DNA of 34,179 nucleotides, counting the filler, from Thermoplasmatota archaeon (GTDB taxonomy: Archaea > Thermoplasmatota > E2 > JACPAO01 > JAHFTW01): the NCBI GenBank assembly GCA_041623215.1. It is 18 parts of 18 records of this genome, joined end to end, with 100 filler letters (N's around TTAATTAATTAA, not from the genome) between each part and the next. Parts side by side here need not be neighbours in the genome. Positions count along the whole stretch, not along the records: positions 1 to 2,124 come from JBFJXH010000206.1; positions 2,225 to 4,274 come from JBFJXH010000207.1; positions 4,375 to 6,422 come from JBFJXH010000208.1; positions 6,523 to 8,527 come from JBFJXH010000209.1; positions 8,628 to 10,624 come from JBFJXH010000210.1; 13 more parts are not named here. One strand, written 5' to 3'. The notes beneath the pieces were generated by a model, which made no database searches, was not told the origin of the DNA, and was given only the letters and a program-made list of their open reading frames with translations. Positions within the stretch are counted from its first letter, which is position 1. Every line of letters begins with the position of its first letter. A program made the translations under genes and the position numbers. Positions 1 through 10,724 of the stretch are shown piece after piece.

Positions 1-740
1 CCGGCAACCCAATCGCCGACGCGCGCCGTGCCAAGCCGTTCGGTCAGATAGTGGCCGCCGGCCACAAAGTGAATGCCTGCCTCTTTGCACAAGTGATACA
101 CCGATTCGCGCGGTTCGCCCGTGACAAAGCAATCGAGCCCCAAATCAATCGCGCTTGCCACATCATACGCGCCAGCACCGGACACAAAACCAATGCGGGC
201 CACTTCGTCGGGGCCAAACGGCCAAACCTGGAAGGGGCCCGTGGCCACCGAGCAACCGGCCCGGAGCGTCTGCTCGAGCGCCTCCATCCATGGTTCAAAA
301 AGCGTCGTTTCGGGCAGGGTTCCGACCAGGCCAATGGGCGCCCCACCGTGGAAAAACGCCGGCGACCACTCGCCGGGTGGAACCCCCGCGGCCTCGGCGA
401 GAGCCGCGTTGTTGCCAAGCGTAGGGTGGGCGTCCATCGGCAGATGGTACGACAGCAGGTGCAAGCCGGCATCCATGGCAGTCTTGAGGCGCCGGTGCAG
501 GATGCCCGTCACCGCGTCCACGCCGCCCCAGAGCAATCCGTGGTGCGTTAGTAGCGCATCGGCTCCGGCCGCCAGCGCAGCTTCCATGGTGGCTTGATTG
601 CACGAAACGGCCGTCGCCAAATGGGCTACGTCACCAGTGCCCTGAACCTGCAAGCCATTGTGCTGGCCATCCTCGAAAGCCCCCGGTTGCAACGCGGAAT
701 CAAGGGTATCGACGAGCGTTGCGACGTCCACGGCGGCCAT
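1..740 (-). CDS. Nif3-like dinuclear metal centre protein (YbgI/DUF34 family), 3' end runs off the window
   Basis: Read manually; absent from the ORF track because it has no stop in the window. ATG at 740, two nt after the pheT stop. Translation MAAVDVATLVDTLDSALQPGAFEDGQHNGLQVQG...LLTHHGLLWGG...SYHLPMDAHPTLGNN...FVTGEPRE...AGGHYLTERLG carries the NGLQV, HHG, YHLPxDAH, TGE and GHYxTE motifs. Confidence 0.9.
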   Translation of the reverse strand, partial: MAAVDVATLVDTLDSALQPGAFEDGQHNGLQVQGTGDVAHLATAVSCNQATMEAALAAGADALLTHHGLLWGGVDAVTGILHRRLKTAMDAGLHLLSYHLPMDAHPTLGNNAALAEAAGVPPGEWSPAFFHGGAPIGLVGTLPETTLFEPWMEALEQTLRAGCSVATGPFQVWPFGPDEVARIGFVSGAGAYDVASAIDLGLDCFVTGEPRESVYHLCKEAGIHFVAGGHYLTERLGTARVGDWVA

Positions 741-742
741 GG

Positions 743-2124
743 TCACACCAGTGCGTGGAGGTCCAACTCAAGCGCCACCGTGGCGGCAGTCAATCCAAAG
801 TTGACCACCGTATCGGGGTGCAATTCACCAAAGTGGCCAACCGGCACGCCGTTGAGCACAAAGTCGCCTTCACGGCCTCGGATGAAGCCAGGGGCTTCGC
901 CCTGCACAATCGCTACTCGGCCAGCCAGACCTAGGTCGCGAAGCACTGCTTCGGCCAAGCCCTTGATGTCGGCGAAGTCCGTCTTCGCTCCTTGTTCAAC
1001 GGCGGCGAAGCGGAGGCGGTTGCCGTGGCCAGAATCCATGCCAGGGTCCACAGCGAAGCCCAATTCGAACAGCCGCTGCGGCAGGGGCCGGTGCTTGTTG
1101 TGGCCAAGGACGCGAAGGAGGCTTGGCGTCAGCCAGGTACGCAGGATGGTTTGTTCTTCCAACACGGGGTTGCGGACTCGTACCGGTGCATGGGCCGCTG
1201 CATCGGCACCCCAATGCGTCCATTGGTCCGCCTCATTGCTGAGCGTCAACGTCCTCGCCTCATGGAACCCATGGCCCACCATGGCGGCTCGGAGACGGTC
1301 CTCCAAGCCCTGGTGGGGCAAACGTCCACCGAAGGTCAAGGTTCGCGGCAATTCACCGTCAAAGTGCTCAAAGCCGTAGCCGATGGCCACGTCTTCAATG
1401 AGGTCCCAATCATGCAGAATGTCGAAGCGCCAGGCGGGCGTGTTCACCAACACATTGGTGTCAAAGGCCTCCGCGCTGTGGCCCATGCGCTGCAAGCAGG
1501 CCGCGATGGTGTCGGCGTCCACCTTGAGTCCGAGGATGCGCTTCACGTCGTCCACTTCAATCCGCCGCTCGGCGCTTCGCAGGTCCGGACACGTCCAGGC
1601 ACCCGATGCGTCGTGGACGGTAACCGCCTCAATGGTGCCGCCTCGTTCGGCGAACCCAGTGGCAAGCAGCGCGATGGTGCGCTTGACGCTTGCAGCGTCC
1701 GTGCCGGTTACGTCTAGCAGGAGGTCGCGGGTGGCGGGGGTCACCGTGGTTTTGGCCGCATTGATGACGGGCGGCAAGGAGAGCACGTCGCCGTTGCCGT
1801 CAAGGAAGACCGGGAAGGCATTGTCGGGCAGCAGGTGGGCATATTCTCGGCCTTTGGGATGCTCGGCCATGATGGCGGCGGGCGTCATTTCGCGAGTCTC
1901 AGCCAAGGGCACAAACGGCTTCTCTTCCGGACCCACGCACGTGTAGGTGAACGGACCCGGCAAGGCGTGGCCGCCGGGAGCGGCATCGTGCACACCGATG
2001 GCAATCTTGCGGCGCTTGCGCCCAGGCGCCAGGGTGAGTTTCTCCTGGGCATCCATCACGGTCTTCACGTAGTCGTCGTCGAACGGCACGCCGCGGACGA
2101 AACAGAGCGCCGCAAATGGCCGAA
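743..2124 (-). CDS. pheT: Phenylalanyl-tRNA synthetase beta subunit, archaeal/eukaryotic type (5' truncated)
   Basis: Motifs QEKL...GRKRRKIAIGVHD, VLSLPPVIN, PAWRFDILHDWDLIEDVAIGYG, NPVLEEQTILRTWL, GELHP. Ends ALELDL with no bacterial anticodon-binding domain. The frame is open to the contig edge (RPFAALCFVRG). Confidence 0.95.
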
Positions 2125-2224
2125 NNNNNNNNNNNNNNNNNNNNNNNNNNNNNNNNNNNNNNNNNNNNTTAATTAATTAANNNNNNNNNNNNNNNNNNNN
2201 NNNNNNNNNNNNNNNNNNNNNNNN
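2125..2224. other. Artificial contig spacer (44 N + TTAATTAATTAA + 44 N), first of 17
   Basis: Identical 100-nt spacers start at 2125, 4275, 6423, 8528, 10625, 12640, 14621, 16581, 18497, 20398, 22288, 24082, 25866, 27556, 29237, 30900 and 32553. TTAATTAATTAA gives stops in all six frames. Confidence 0.99.
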
Positions 2225-4274
2225 AAACCCGAGCGGCGAGCCCACGTGGGTGTCATCGCTACTATCGCCACCGTGCGCCAGTCGCGCATTGGCACTGGTG
2301 CCGCTGACGGTGGCCGCATTGTCGGGTTGTGGTGGCAGGACACCGTCGAGGAACAGGGCAATGTAGCGGCTTGCTTCGGCAATTCCCAAAGACAAGGCCC
2401 CGCCGGTGCCAACCCCCCGGCTCGCCTCCCCTGCGTCAAATTGGTCATCACTCTGGCTGGACGAACCAACCAGGTCCACCAGCCAGGCCTGGGCTTCATC
2501 ATCGAGGAACACGAATGCAAAGCCCATGGATTCGCGGCCAGCGGTGTATTGGTCATGGTGTTCCACGCCGTCGCCGCCCAAGTTTAGCAGCACGCCCATG
2601 GGCGCAATCGTTTCCGCCCCGAGCGAGAAATCATGGCTCGCGTTGTAGTGGCCTTGGCTGCCATCGCCGGCCTCGAAGGACGCCTCGCTTCGCGCGCCGT
2701 CGCCCACGAGACGAATCAACGCGCCCCGGCCCAGAGCCTCGCCGTGGCCTTGACTCGAGTGGCCCGGCTTTTGGTCGTCATCGAGAACCTGGTAGCTCGA
2801 GGCCACCGTGGCGCCTTCACCCACCTGTTCGATGAGAAGCCCCACTGGAGCAAGCGCACGGACGGCAGAAGTGTTGAGAGAGGTGGATGTCGCATCCCCA
2901 CCCACGGCCGAGTTGACATCAAGGCCCGGTGCTGACCCTTGGCTGTAGCTGCCCGCGATGAAGGTGTTCGTGGTGTCCGTGTGGTCGTCGGCGAAGTCCA
3001 CGAGGACGGACAGGGGCGCCACGCCGATGTGGCTGTTGCTGGCATTGGTGGCCAGCGGATGGTTCACGCAGGCCGCGCCTTGTGCACATTCCTGAGTGCC
3101 GGCGTCGTAGGTGTCGCTGCCACCAAGGTCAAAGAGGAGGGTGGTCGGAAGCACAACGTCGGTGGGTGAAATGAGGTTGGGGCCGTTGAGGCCTTCGTCG
3201 GGGTCGGCTGGCGTGCTGAAGGGGGCGCCGGCGCGGTGCAGGTAGGTGTCGTCCCCGCCAAGGTCAATGGTCAGAACGGCCTGGTTCTCCCAGGTGTCAT
3301 TCTCACCGCACAAGTCAAGATTGAGAATACCCGGGAACTCTTTGGGCGACGTCTCACAGTTGTAGTCGGAGTCGCGGAACAGTCGCGGCAGGCCTTCGAT
3401 GAGGCCCATGCTGGAAATCATCAGGGTGTTGCGGTTTTCCACAACATCCACGGAGGCCGCCATCCAGGGAACCGCGTCCAGAAGCTGCTCGGAAGCGTGG
3501 CTGCCGGCCACAAGCAGTTCACCGTTGGAGAGAAGTTGACTCCACTCTTGGATGATGGCGGGGTCGCTCTGCACGGCCGCCGGCACGGGAAGGGTAGCAA
3601 AGTGAGCCTGCGCTTGCATGTCGTTTTGGACCGCCCGGAGGACATCCGCAATGAGGCGGGCTGCCAACGGGTCCATGCTCGCTTGCGCTTGGCGCGCGTC
3701 GGCACGCAAGGCATCCAAGTTGGCGTCCAAGCCGACGTAGGTGGCAAAGCCCACGATGGCATCTTCCAGGCTCGTGGCACCAGGCGTTCGACCATGGAGC
3801 GTGGGAGCTTGGTTAGCAAACAGGAGCGGCGTTGGCCCGTTGGGGTCGGGTAGCCCCACGTTGGGAGGCTGCGAGGCGGCCATGTAGCGGGTGGCCATCG
3901 CCTGTGCGTTCCAGATAGCTAGGATGGGCTCTACTTCTCGAGCCGCGTCCACGACGCCTTCCACGAGAGCGTCGGCGCCATCGGCATCGACGGCGGCTAG
4001 GGCGCCGGATTCACTGGGAAGCGCCGCGAGGATATGCTGCAGTGCGGCCAAGCCTTCGGCCGGACCGCTCGACAATTCGGCCTTCAGCTCTTGGCGTGCT
4101 GCGGCCAAGTCAGGGATCAAGTCGGTTGATGCTTGGGCGAGAATTGTGCTCGCCAACGCGTCCAAGTCGGCCGGAGGCAAAGCCCGCGCCGTGGCCGGGG
4201 CGCCATGTGCCTGGGCCTGCGAGAGGCGGCCCTCCAAGGTCGCCATCTGCTGGTCAACTGCAAGGCGACTTTGC
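2225..4274 (-). CDS. Large acidic hypothetical protein with hhD-x-GG-x-D-x-Y / SQG repeats (probably extracellular), truncated at both ends
   Basis: Open across the whole contig. Helical Ala/Leu-rich N-terminal part, then repeats IDLGGDDTY, LFDLGGSDTY..AQG, AGSYSQG, SSQGHG, AGDGSQG, LLNLGGDG..DQYTAGRESMG, LVDLVG..DDQFDAGEASRG. Confidence 0.75.
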
Positions 4275-4374
4275 NNNNNNNNNNNNNNNNNNNNNNNNNN
4301 NNNNNNNNNNNNNNNNNNTTAATTAATTAANNNNNNNNNNNNNNNNNNNNNNNNNNNNNNNNNNNNNNNNNNNN

Positions 4375-6422
4375 CGCAGAACACGGGTGGCGAATTGACT
4401 GCTGAGGGCAACGGCTACGGCGACTTTGGCCCCGATGCTCTCATCTGGGATCCGGTGCCGTTCCAACACGGTGGACAAATGTTGACGCTGGCGTCGTACG
4501 AACGCCCGACGTTGACGTTTGCCAGCAAGTTCCAAGCGTCCGAGCGAACTGGCTACGTGGTGGAAATGCAAGTGCCCACGCGCTCCTGCACGACTGTCAA
4601 CAATGAGCGGTCCTGCTCCTGGTCCTTCACGTGGGGTGAGGACGACCGGACCTGGTACACGTTGGCTGGCGACGAGACCAATCTTGACGTTGGCAGTGGC
4701 CAAGAGGCGCTGCGGGCGCGGGCGCCGTTCAATTTCAACGCAGGCGGCCAGGATGAGGATAACCAGTACCGCAAGCCCGAAACTTGCATTACGACTGACG
4801 AGGGAACTGCTTGCCAACGTAACCTCGGGACCAACTTCCTCTCGGGCCGCCATGGTCTGTGGGGCGCGACCTCGTCTGGACTGCCCAGCAACGAAGGGTG
4901 GCAACGCCTTGAGTACCCCCTGTGGCCCGGTCTGCAGACGGCTGGCAGCGGTTCCACCGGCGCCGAGCCCATTTACGACGACCTCGGCGACTACTGCAGG
5001 GAAGTCATGGAGCGGGATGGCAATGTATGGACGCCTGAGAGTGCCTTGGCCCCCTGTCAATATGCACGCGCCGACCCCAGTAACCCGAGCAGCCCGCTGA
5101 TTTCCCGCCCGGTACGCTTCCGCTTCGTGGCGGCCAGCTACGGCGGCGATACCGGTGTGAGCAGTTGGGCCATCGATGATTTGGCCATTACCGGCCACGA
5201 CATTCGGGTGCTCGGTGCAGACACCATTCCCCTGAAAATGACGGACGACGACAAGCGCATCATTCCGATTCGCGTCCGCAATGATGGTGCAGTCGAAGAC
5301 GCCTTGCGCGTCACGACCACGTCGGAACTACGGTTCCCCGTGCCTGACGTGCACACGGGCGTGGCCTTGACTGAGCACGCTCAGCCCGTCGATGAGTTAC
5401 TCCTTCGGTTACAGCCCGGCGAGGCACGCACCGTGTGGGTGACCGTTGAAGTGGGGCTGCGTACCGGATTCGTCAATTCACCCAACATCGAGATTCCCTT
5501 CACGGTGGACATCAAGTCGGCCTTCGACCCGTCCTTGCATGTGCCCATTCTGATTGAAGCCGCGTTTGACGCGCGCAGTTGGGCGGACCTAGAGGTACGA
5601 GACTTTGTGCTCGGTGTCGACAAGGACAGCCGGCCGCTCTCGGCCCCGGTCAGTGTGCCCATGCCGGTAACGCTCGTGATGCGAAACGCTGGCCAATTGC
5701 CTCTGGGTGTGTCGGGAGAAACCATCACCGTGGACCTGATTGAGGAGCACATTGACCCGGCTACCGGTGAAGTGACCCTGCGCCGCCATGCTGTGGACAG
5801 CGACGGCGAGCCGCTTTCGACCACGCTCGAAGCGCCGCTGATGCCGTACCGGCAAACCGGTCGCGACATTACGGTGGACGCCTTCGAATGGACGCCGACC
5901 AGCCAAGGCCTCGTGCGCTTGTTGGCGGTTGCCAACGTCCCGGACAACCTGAACCTCCAGCTGCCCGAGAATGACTTTGACAACAATGTCGTCGACCGCC
6001 TGATTGCGGTCGGCCCCGTGCGCTTGTCGGACCTGCGCATCCAGGAAACGTGGTTGGAAACCCTTGATGGCCATCGAGTTAACAGCGTCATCGAGGGGCA
6101 CGTCTACCGGGTCGGAACGCGCATCACGAACGCCGGTCAAGCCGATGCCTTGTCGCCAACCGTAGAATTCCGGATTGGGTCCGCAGACCCCTTCAGCATT
6201 CGGACGCTCGAGACCTTCCCCGGCCAAAGTGACCAGACCTTCATGAGCAGTCCGTGGCGAGCCGTGCGGCCTTCGTCCGGCGCCGACTCATGGCACTTCA
6301 GCATCGACGTAGGCAGCGACTCCGCCTCGGCTACCTTGGAGGAGAAGAACGTTGTATGGCGGGTTCCCATCGCTCACTACACGCTGGCCGTGCTGGACGC
6401 CCCTGAGGGTGTGGAAGTCCGC
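4375..6422 (+). CDS. Large surface protein with CARDB/Ig-like domains, truncated at both ends
   Basis: Open across the contig. CARDB-like signatures ADLEVRD..VMRNAG..PENDFDNN, SDLRIQE..RITNAGQADA, and a COG1470-like VRNDGAVED..LQPGEARTVWVTV unit. Confidence 0.75.
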
Positions 6423-6522
6423 NNNNNNNNNNNNNNNNNNNNNNNNNNNNNNNNNNNNNNNNNNNNTTAATTAATTAANNNNNNNNNNNNNNNNNNNNNN
6501 NNNNNNNNNNNNNNNNNNNNNN

Positions 6523-7246
6523 GGGCTGCTTCGAGATGGTGCTCGGCGGCGGCAGCACCACCCTCAACATCTCCGTCGTGGGGCCCTCTTGGGCAGGTGC
6601 ATCCGCCCAATCGATTGAACTGTCGCCTGCAGACTGCCCCACCGCGTCCGGTGTCCTCAATGTCACCGGTAGCATTGACTACGCCATCTCCGCCAGCGCC
6701 CCTGGCATGGCGCCCGAATCCGTTGAAGTGACGGCCAGCATTGGCGACTCGCTTGGCACCGCAACTACCAGCGTCACGGCTGGGTACCGCGGCACCTACA
6801 CCCTGGGCACCGACACTGAATTCCCGGTCCAAGTGACCGAAGACACGGTGACCTTCAACATCCTGCTCACGGTTGACGCCAACGCCGATACCATGGTCAT
6901 GTTTGCCACGGACGACGAGGTGCAAACCATGGGAACCATCGCGGTGCCGACGTTCCTCAACTTCCGTGACCTCAGTGGCCCGACCACCAGCGAAGTGTCC
7001 GTCACCTACACGGCGCCCACCGCTGCTTGGGAGCAGGACCGCTTCCAGTTCACCACGTGGAGCCACTACCTGAACGACGGCGCTGTGAAGTCGCCTGACC
7101 AGGTCATCACCTGGTCGTTTGACAACGCCGGCACCACAACCGGAAACGGCGCCGACGAAGGCGAAGACAGCCCGGGTGCCCCGTTGGTCCTCCTTTCACT
7201 GGCCCTCGTCGGTGTCGCCATGGTGCTGCGACGCCGGGCAGCCTAG
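6523..7246 (+). CDS. Ser/Thr-rich surface glycoprotein C-terminus with PGF-CTERM-like sorting tail (5' truncated)
   Basis: Ends with acidic linker-SPGAPLVLLSLALVGVAMVL-RRRAA: a PG motif, a TM helix and a basic tail. Several N-x-S/T sequons (NIS, NVT). Confidence 0.75.
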
Positions 7247-7253
7247 GTTCTCC

Positions 7254-7703
7254 GTGCGCGTCCGGCCATTGTGGCCTGCTGATGCCCCGGTAACGGTTCC
7301 TGGCGGCCACCTCATTCCGCGCGACAGCGTCGTGGGGCGACTAGCCTCGAGCGATGCTGATGCCATCCTCTGGGTCGGCCACGGCACGACGTGTGGAGCC
7401 ATCAACCATGCAGGCGGCGTGATGGTGGCGCGGGGATGCCGCGTTGAAGGGCCCATTCGTGGCGGCCACGAGGTGCTCGTGGGTGCACACTGCCGGGTGG
7501 CGGGCCGGGTGGAAGCTGACGGCCGCGTCGTGGTCCAAGCAGGCACGCGAATTGATGGCAACATTCGGGCCGGCGGCGACGTATTCCTGCTAGGCGACAG
7601 TGTGGTGGGAGAAGTCGAAGCCGGCGGCGACATCGTGGTCGTGGGAGCGCCGCGAACAGGTAGGTTGTTGCCGGCTGGACGGGTTGCGGGCCGGTTGTTC
7701 TAG
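7254..7703 (+). CDS. Bactofilin-like / polymer-forming cytoskeletal beta-helix protein (~149 aa)
   Basis: GTG at 7254, 7 nt after the upstream stop. ~17-aa repeats VMVARGCRVEGPIRGG / VLVGAHCRVAGRVEADG / VVVQAGTRIDGNIRAGG / VFLLGDSVVGEVEAGG. Confidence 0.6.
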   Translation: MRVRPLWPADAPVTVPGGHLIPRDSVVGRLASSDADAILWVGHGTTCGAINHAGGVMVARGCRVEGPIRGGHEVLVGAHCRVAGRVEADGRVVVQAGTRIDGNIRAGGDVFLLGDSVVGEVEAGGDIVVVGAPRTGRLLPAGRVAGRLF

Positions 7704-8527
7704 CCGCCGTACTGGAACATGGCGTCAATGCAGGCCCGGGCCGCAGCCGCTTCGTCGGCCGCAATTGTCACTTCGTGGGCCGAGCCGTCCGCTGCTTGCA
7801 GGCAGCGCAGAATGCTGCCCAAATCGCTCTTCTTCATGTGGGGGCACAAGACGCAGGAGCCCGTGATGTGGGCCATGGGTAACTCGCGCCGGAGGCGGTC
7901 GGCCGTGCCACACTCGGTGACTGGCAGGATGTCGGTCACGCCCTCGGTTTCCACCAGGCGCTTGGCCTCGGCCATCATTTTCTCCGTCGAACCGACGAAA
8001 TCAGCCTGCAGAAGAACGCGGGGGTCGCACTCGGGGTGCACAAGGACACGCAAATCGCGCCCGTCGCGTCGCGCCTCTTCCTTCCAAGCCTCGATGCTTC
8101 CCTCCTTGAACTGAACGTGCACTTCGCATTCGGCATCCTCGTACACGTGGACCGTCTTGGTCCCAGCTAGCGCCTCGCGCAAGTGGTGCCCCATGAAACG
8201 GTCCGGGACAAAGATGAGCTCGTCGCCCGGCAGGTTGCGTGCAACATCCAGGTAGTTACTGCTTGTGCAGGTGGCGTCGCACTGCGCCTTTACCGCCGCC
8301 GTCGTATTGATGTAACACAGCACCGGCGCCCCTGGGTGGCGCGCCCTGAGTGCCTGCACATCGGCAGCCGTAATGCCGTCCGCTAAACTGCAGCCTGCGG
8401 TGGGCTCTGGAATGAGCACCGTCTTGTCGGGATTGAGAAGTTTGGCCGTCTCGGCCATGAAACGAACGGAGGAAAACACGATCACGTCGGCGTCCGTCTT
8501 TTGCGCTTCCACGGACAAGCCATACGA
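7700..8527 (-). CDS. nadA: Quinolinate synthase A (5' truncated)
   Basis: FMAETAKLLNP, AGCSLAD, YINTTAAVKA, CTSSN, PDRFMG, CEVH, HPEC, GSTEKM, CPHMKK. The three Fe-S cysteine motifs are present. Confidence 0.95.
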   Translation of the reverse strand, partial: SYGLSVEAQKTDADVIVFSSVRFMAETAKLLNPDKTVLIPEPTAGCSLADGITAADVQALRARHPGAPVLCYINTTAAVKAQCDATCTSSNYLDVARNLPGDELIFVPDRFMGHHLREALAGTKTVHVYEDAECEVHVQFKEGSIEAWKEEARRDGRDLRVLVHPECDPRVLLQADFVGSTEKMMAEAKRLVETEGVTDILPVTECGTADRLRRELPMAHITGSCVLCPHMKKSDLGSILRCLQAADGSAHEVTIAADEAAAARACIDAMFQYGG

Positions 8528-8627
8528 NNNNNNNNNNNNNNNNNNNNNNNNNNNNNNNNNNNNNNNNNNNNTTAATTAATTAANNNNNNNNNNNNNNNNN
8601 NNNNNNNNNNNNNNNNNNNNNNNNNNN

Positions 8628-9207
8628 CATTCGCTCCACGGGATGCCATTTGCGCTGCTCGTGGTGCGACGCCACCTACACGTTCACGGGGGGAGAAACG
8701 CGCGGGTTGGACGATTTAATGGCGTGGCTCGGGGAGCAACCGACGAAACAAGTTTGCTTCACCGGCGGTGAGCCATTGCTGCAAAAAGACGCCTGGGACT
8801 TTGTCAACCGGTTATTGGACGACGGCTATGAGATTGTCCTTGAAACGGCGGGCAATCTAGATTTCACCGGCGCCGATGGCCACGCTCGCCGTGAGGCGCT
8901 GTGCGTGAGCATGGACATCAAGTGCCCGTCAAGTGGCGAGCACGAAAAGAACACGCCTGAACGGCTACGCGAACTGCGACCATCCGACCAATTGAAGTTC
9001 GTCGTGGCCGACCGGGATGACTACGAGTATGCCGTAGGCGTGCTCCGGAAGATTGGCTTCCCGCAATGCCCCGTCTACTTCAACCCCGTCGGGGGGGTTG
9101 AGCCGGCTGACCTGACCCATTGGGTGCTGGCGGAGACGGAGCCGCTGCCCGTGCGCGTTGGCGTGCAACTGCACAAGCTGGTGTGGGGCGACAAACCCGG
9201 CGTCTAG
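8628..9207 (+). CDS. queE: 7-carboxy-7-deazaguanine synthase, radical SAM (5' truncated)
   Basis: IRSTGCHLRCSWCDA (CxxxCxxC), FTGGEPLLQ, LETAG, MDIKCPSSG, DQLKFVV, VQLHKLVWG. Confidence 0.9.
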
Positions 9208-9262
9208 GTTCGCCGCCGTGAGACTCGGGGCAGCCATTCTTCAATGACCCTGTGTATGCCAC

Positions 9263-9940
9263 ATGGTGTCACGTGACTTACCCACTACGGCCAGCCAAGC
9301 CTGCCGGACGTTCCTGTCGCACCCGAGCCCCGTCGTGCTATCCATCGGGACCGCGGTCCTGCTTGGTGTGCGTATTTGGCTTGGTCAGTGGACCTGGTGG
9401 GACGTCGTAATTCCGGTGGCCCTGGCTGCCTGGTGGCCGATGCATGAATGGATCATTCACATCGGACTTCTCCACGCAAGGCCCATCCAGCTCGGTCGCC
9501 TGACCGTTGATTTCAAGGTGGCCAAGATTCACCGCCATCACCACGCGGAACCATGGGACTTGCAACCCACCTTCATCCCGTTCCATATTGTCCCCTTGAC
9601 GGGCATTCCCCTAACCGTGGCAGCGTACCTGCTACTGCCCGCCAACATCGCAACCACCTTCCTGCTGGCCTACATTACCTACAGCTTGCACTACGAGTGG
9701 TGCCACTACCTGGCTCACATTGACTGGTGCCCGCCCCTCGCTTATTACCGGAAACGTGTCCGGCTGCATCGACTCCATCACTTCCACCACGAGCGCCTAT
9801 GGTGGGGAGTATCGACGCTGTCGGCAGACCGGGTTCTTGGTACCGCCCCCGCCGTTGAAGCTACAGCACGCTCCAAGACCACCCACGACCTCTTGGCCGG
9901 CCCGTGGTTTAATCACGACGACGCCGTCCGGCAAAAGTAG
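9263..9940 (+). CDS. Fatty acid hydroxylase / sterol desaturase family membrane di-iron enzyme
   Basis: His boxes HEWIIHIGLLH, HRHHHAEP, YEWCHYLAH, HRLHHFHH, with hydrophobic segments between them. Confidence 0.85.
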   Translation: MVSRDLPTTASQACRTFLSHPSPVVLSIGTAVLLGVRIWLGQWTWWDVVIPVALAAWWPMHEWIIHIGLLHARPIQLGRLTVDFKVAKIHRHHHAEPWDLQPTFIPFHIVPLTGIPLTVAAYLLLPANIATTFLLAYITYSLHYEWCHYLAHIDWCPPLAYYRKRVRLHRLHHFHHERLWWGVSTLSADRVLGTAPAVEATARSKTTHDLLAGPWFNHDDAVRQK

Positions 9941-9957
9941 TCAATCGCCCGCGCCGC

Positions 9958-10624
9958 TCAGGGTCCCGATTCTTTGCGTGGTGCCACCGCAGGTGCCGCA
10001 CCGGCCGAGGCCTTCGCGGCCTGCTTTCGGGAAGCGGACGCGTTGCCCACCACGATGCCGGCAATCACCAACGCAGCGCCCAGGGCTTGGCCCCACGACA
10101 GAGCCTCGTCAAGAAACACCATGGCAAGTGTCACTCCAAACACGGGTACCAGTCCAAGGCCAGGCGCCACGCCGTCGGGCCCAAGGTGCTGCACGGCCAG
10201 GTACCAAGTGACAAAACCAACGGCCGTAGCAGCAATGCCGAGGTACGCCATGTTCAGCCAAGCACCTAGCGGCCAAAGGCCGCCGGGCACGATGGCAGGC
10301 GGGCCTGAAATCAGCCACGCCACGGGCATCAGCAGCACGGCGCCAATCACCGTGGTCCAGAAGATGGACTCGACGGCTGGCACTTTGCCGACCAGACGCC
10401 GGCCCAGCACCGTATAGACCCCCCAGACAAGCGCCGCAGCAAAGAAAAGCACGTCACCGACCAGCCGGTCCGGGCTTGCTGCCGAGGCTTGCCACGCCGA
10501 CCAGCCGATGGCCAACGCACCCGCCGTGGCCAACGCGCCGCCAAGAAGCGCTCGGGGTCTGGGGCGACTTCCATCCAAGATGAAGGCCCACAAAACGCCC
10601 GATAATCCTGCCAAGCCAGGGGTA
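9958..10624 (-). CDS. DMT/EamA family transporter (5' truncated)
   Basis: Multiple TM helices; GDVLFFAAALVWGVYTVLGR, AYLGIAATAVGFVTWY, LVPVFGVTLAMVFLDEALSW. Confidence 0.9.
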
Positions 10625-10724
10625 NNNNNNNNNNNNNNNNNNNNNNNNNNNNNNNNNNNNNNNNNNNNTTAATTAATTAANNNNNNNNNNNNNNNNNNNN
10701 NNNNNNNNNNNNNNNNNNNNNNNN

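Noticed and set aside
676..690. Apparent frameshift near the 5' end of the Nif3 gene
   Set aside because: Recounting the G run gives an intact frame (QPGAFED).
2169..2180. Recurrent TTAATTAATTAA palindrome at regular ~2 kb spacing (CRISPR-like or regulatory repeat?)
   Set aside because: Always flanked by 44 N on each side; it is an artificial six-frame-stop contig spacer.
8460..8485. NadA has FSSVRFMAE where FCGVxFMAE is usual
   Set aside because: That cysteine is not a cluster ligand; the three ligand motifs (GCSLAD, CEVH, CPHMK) are intact.
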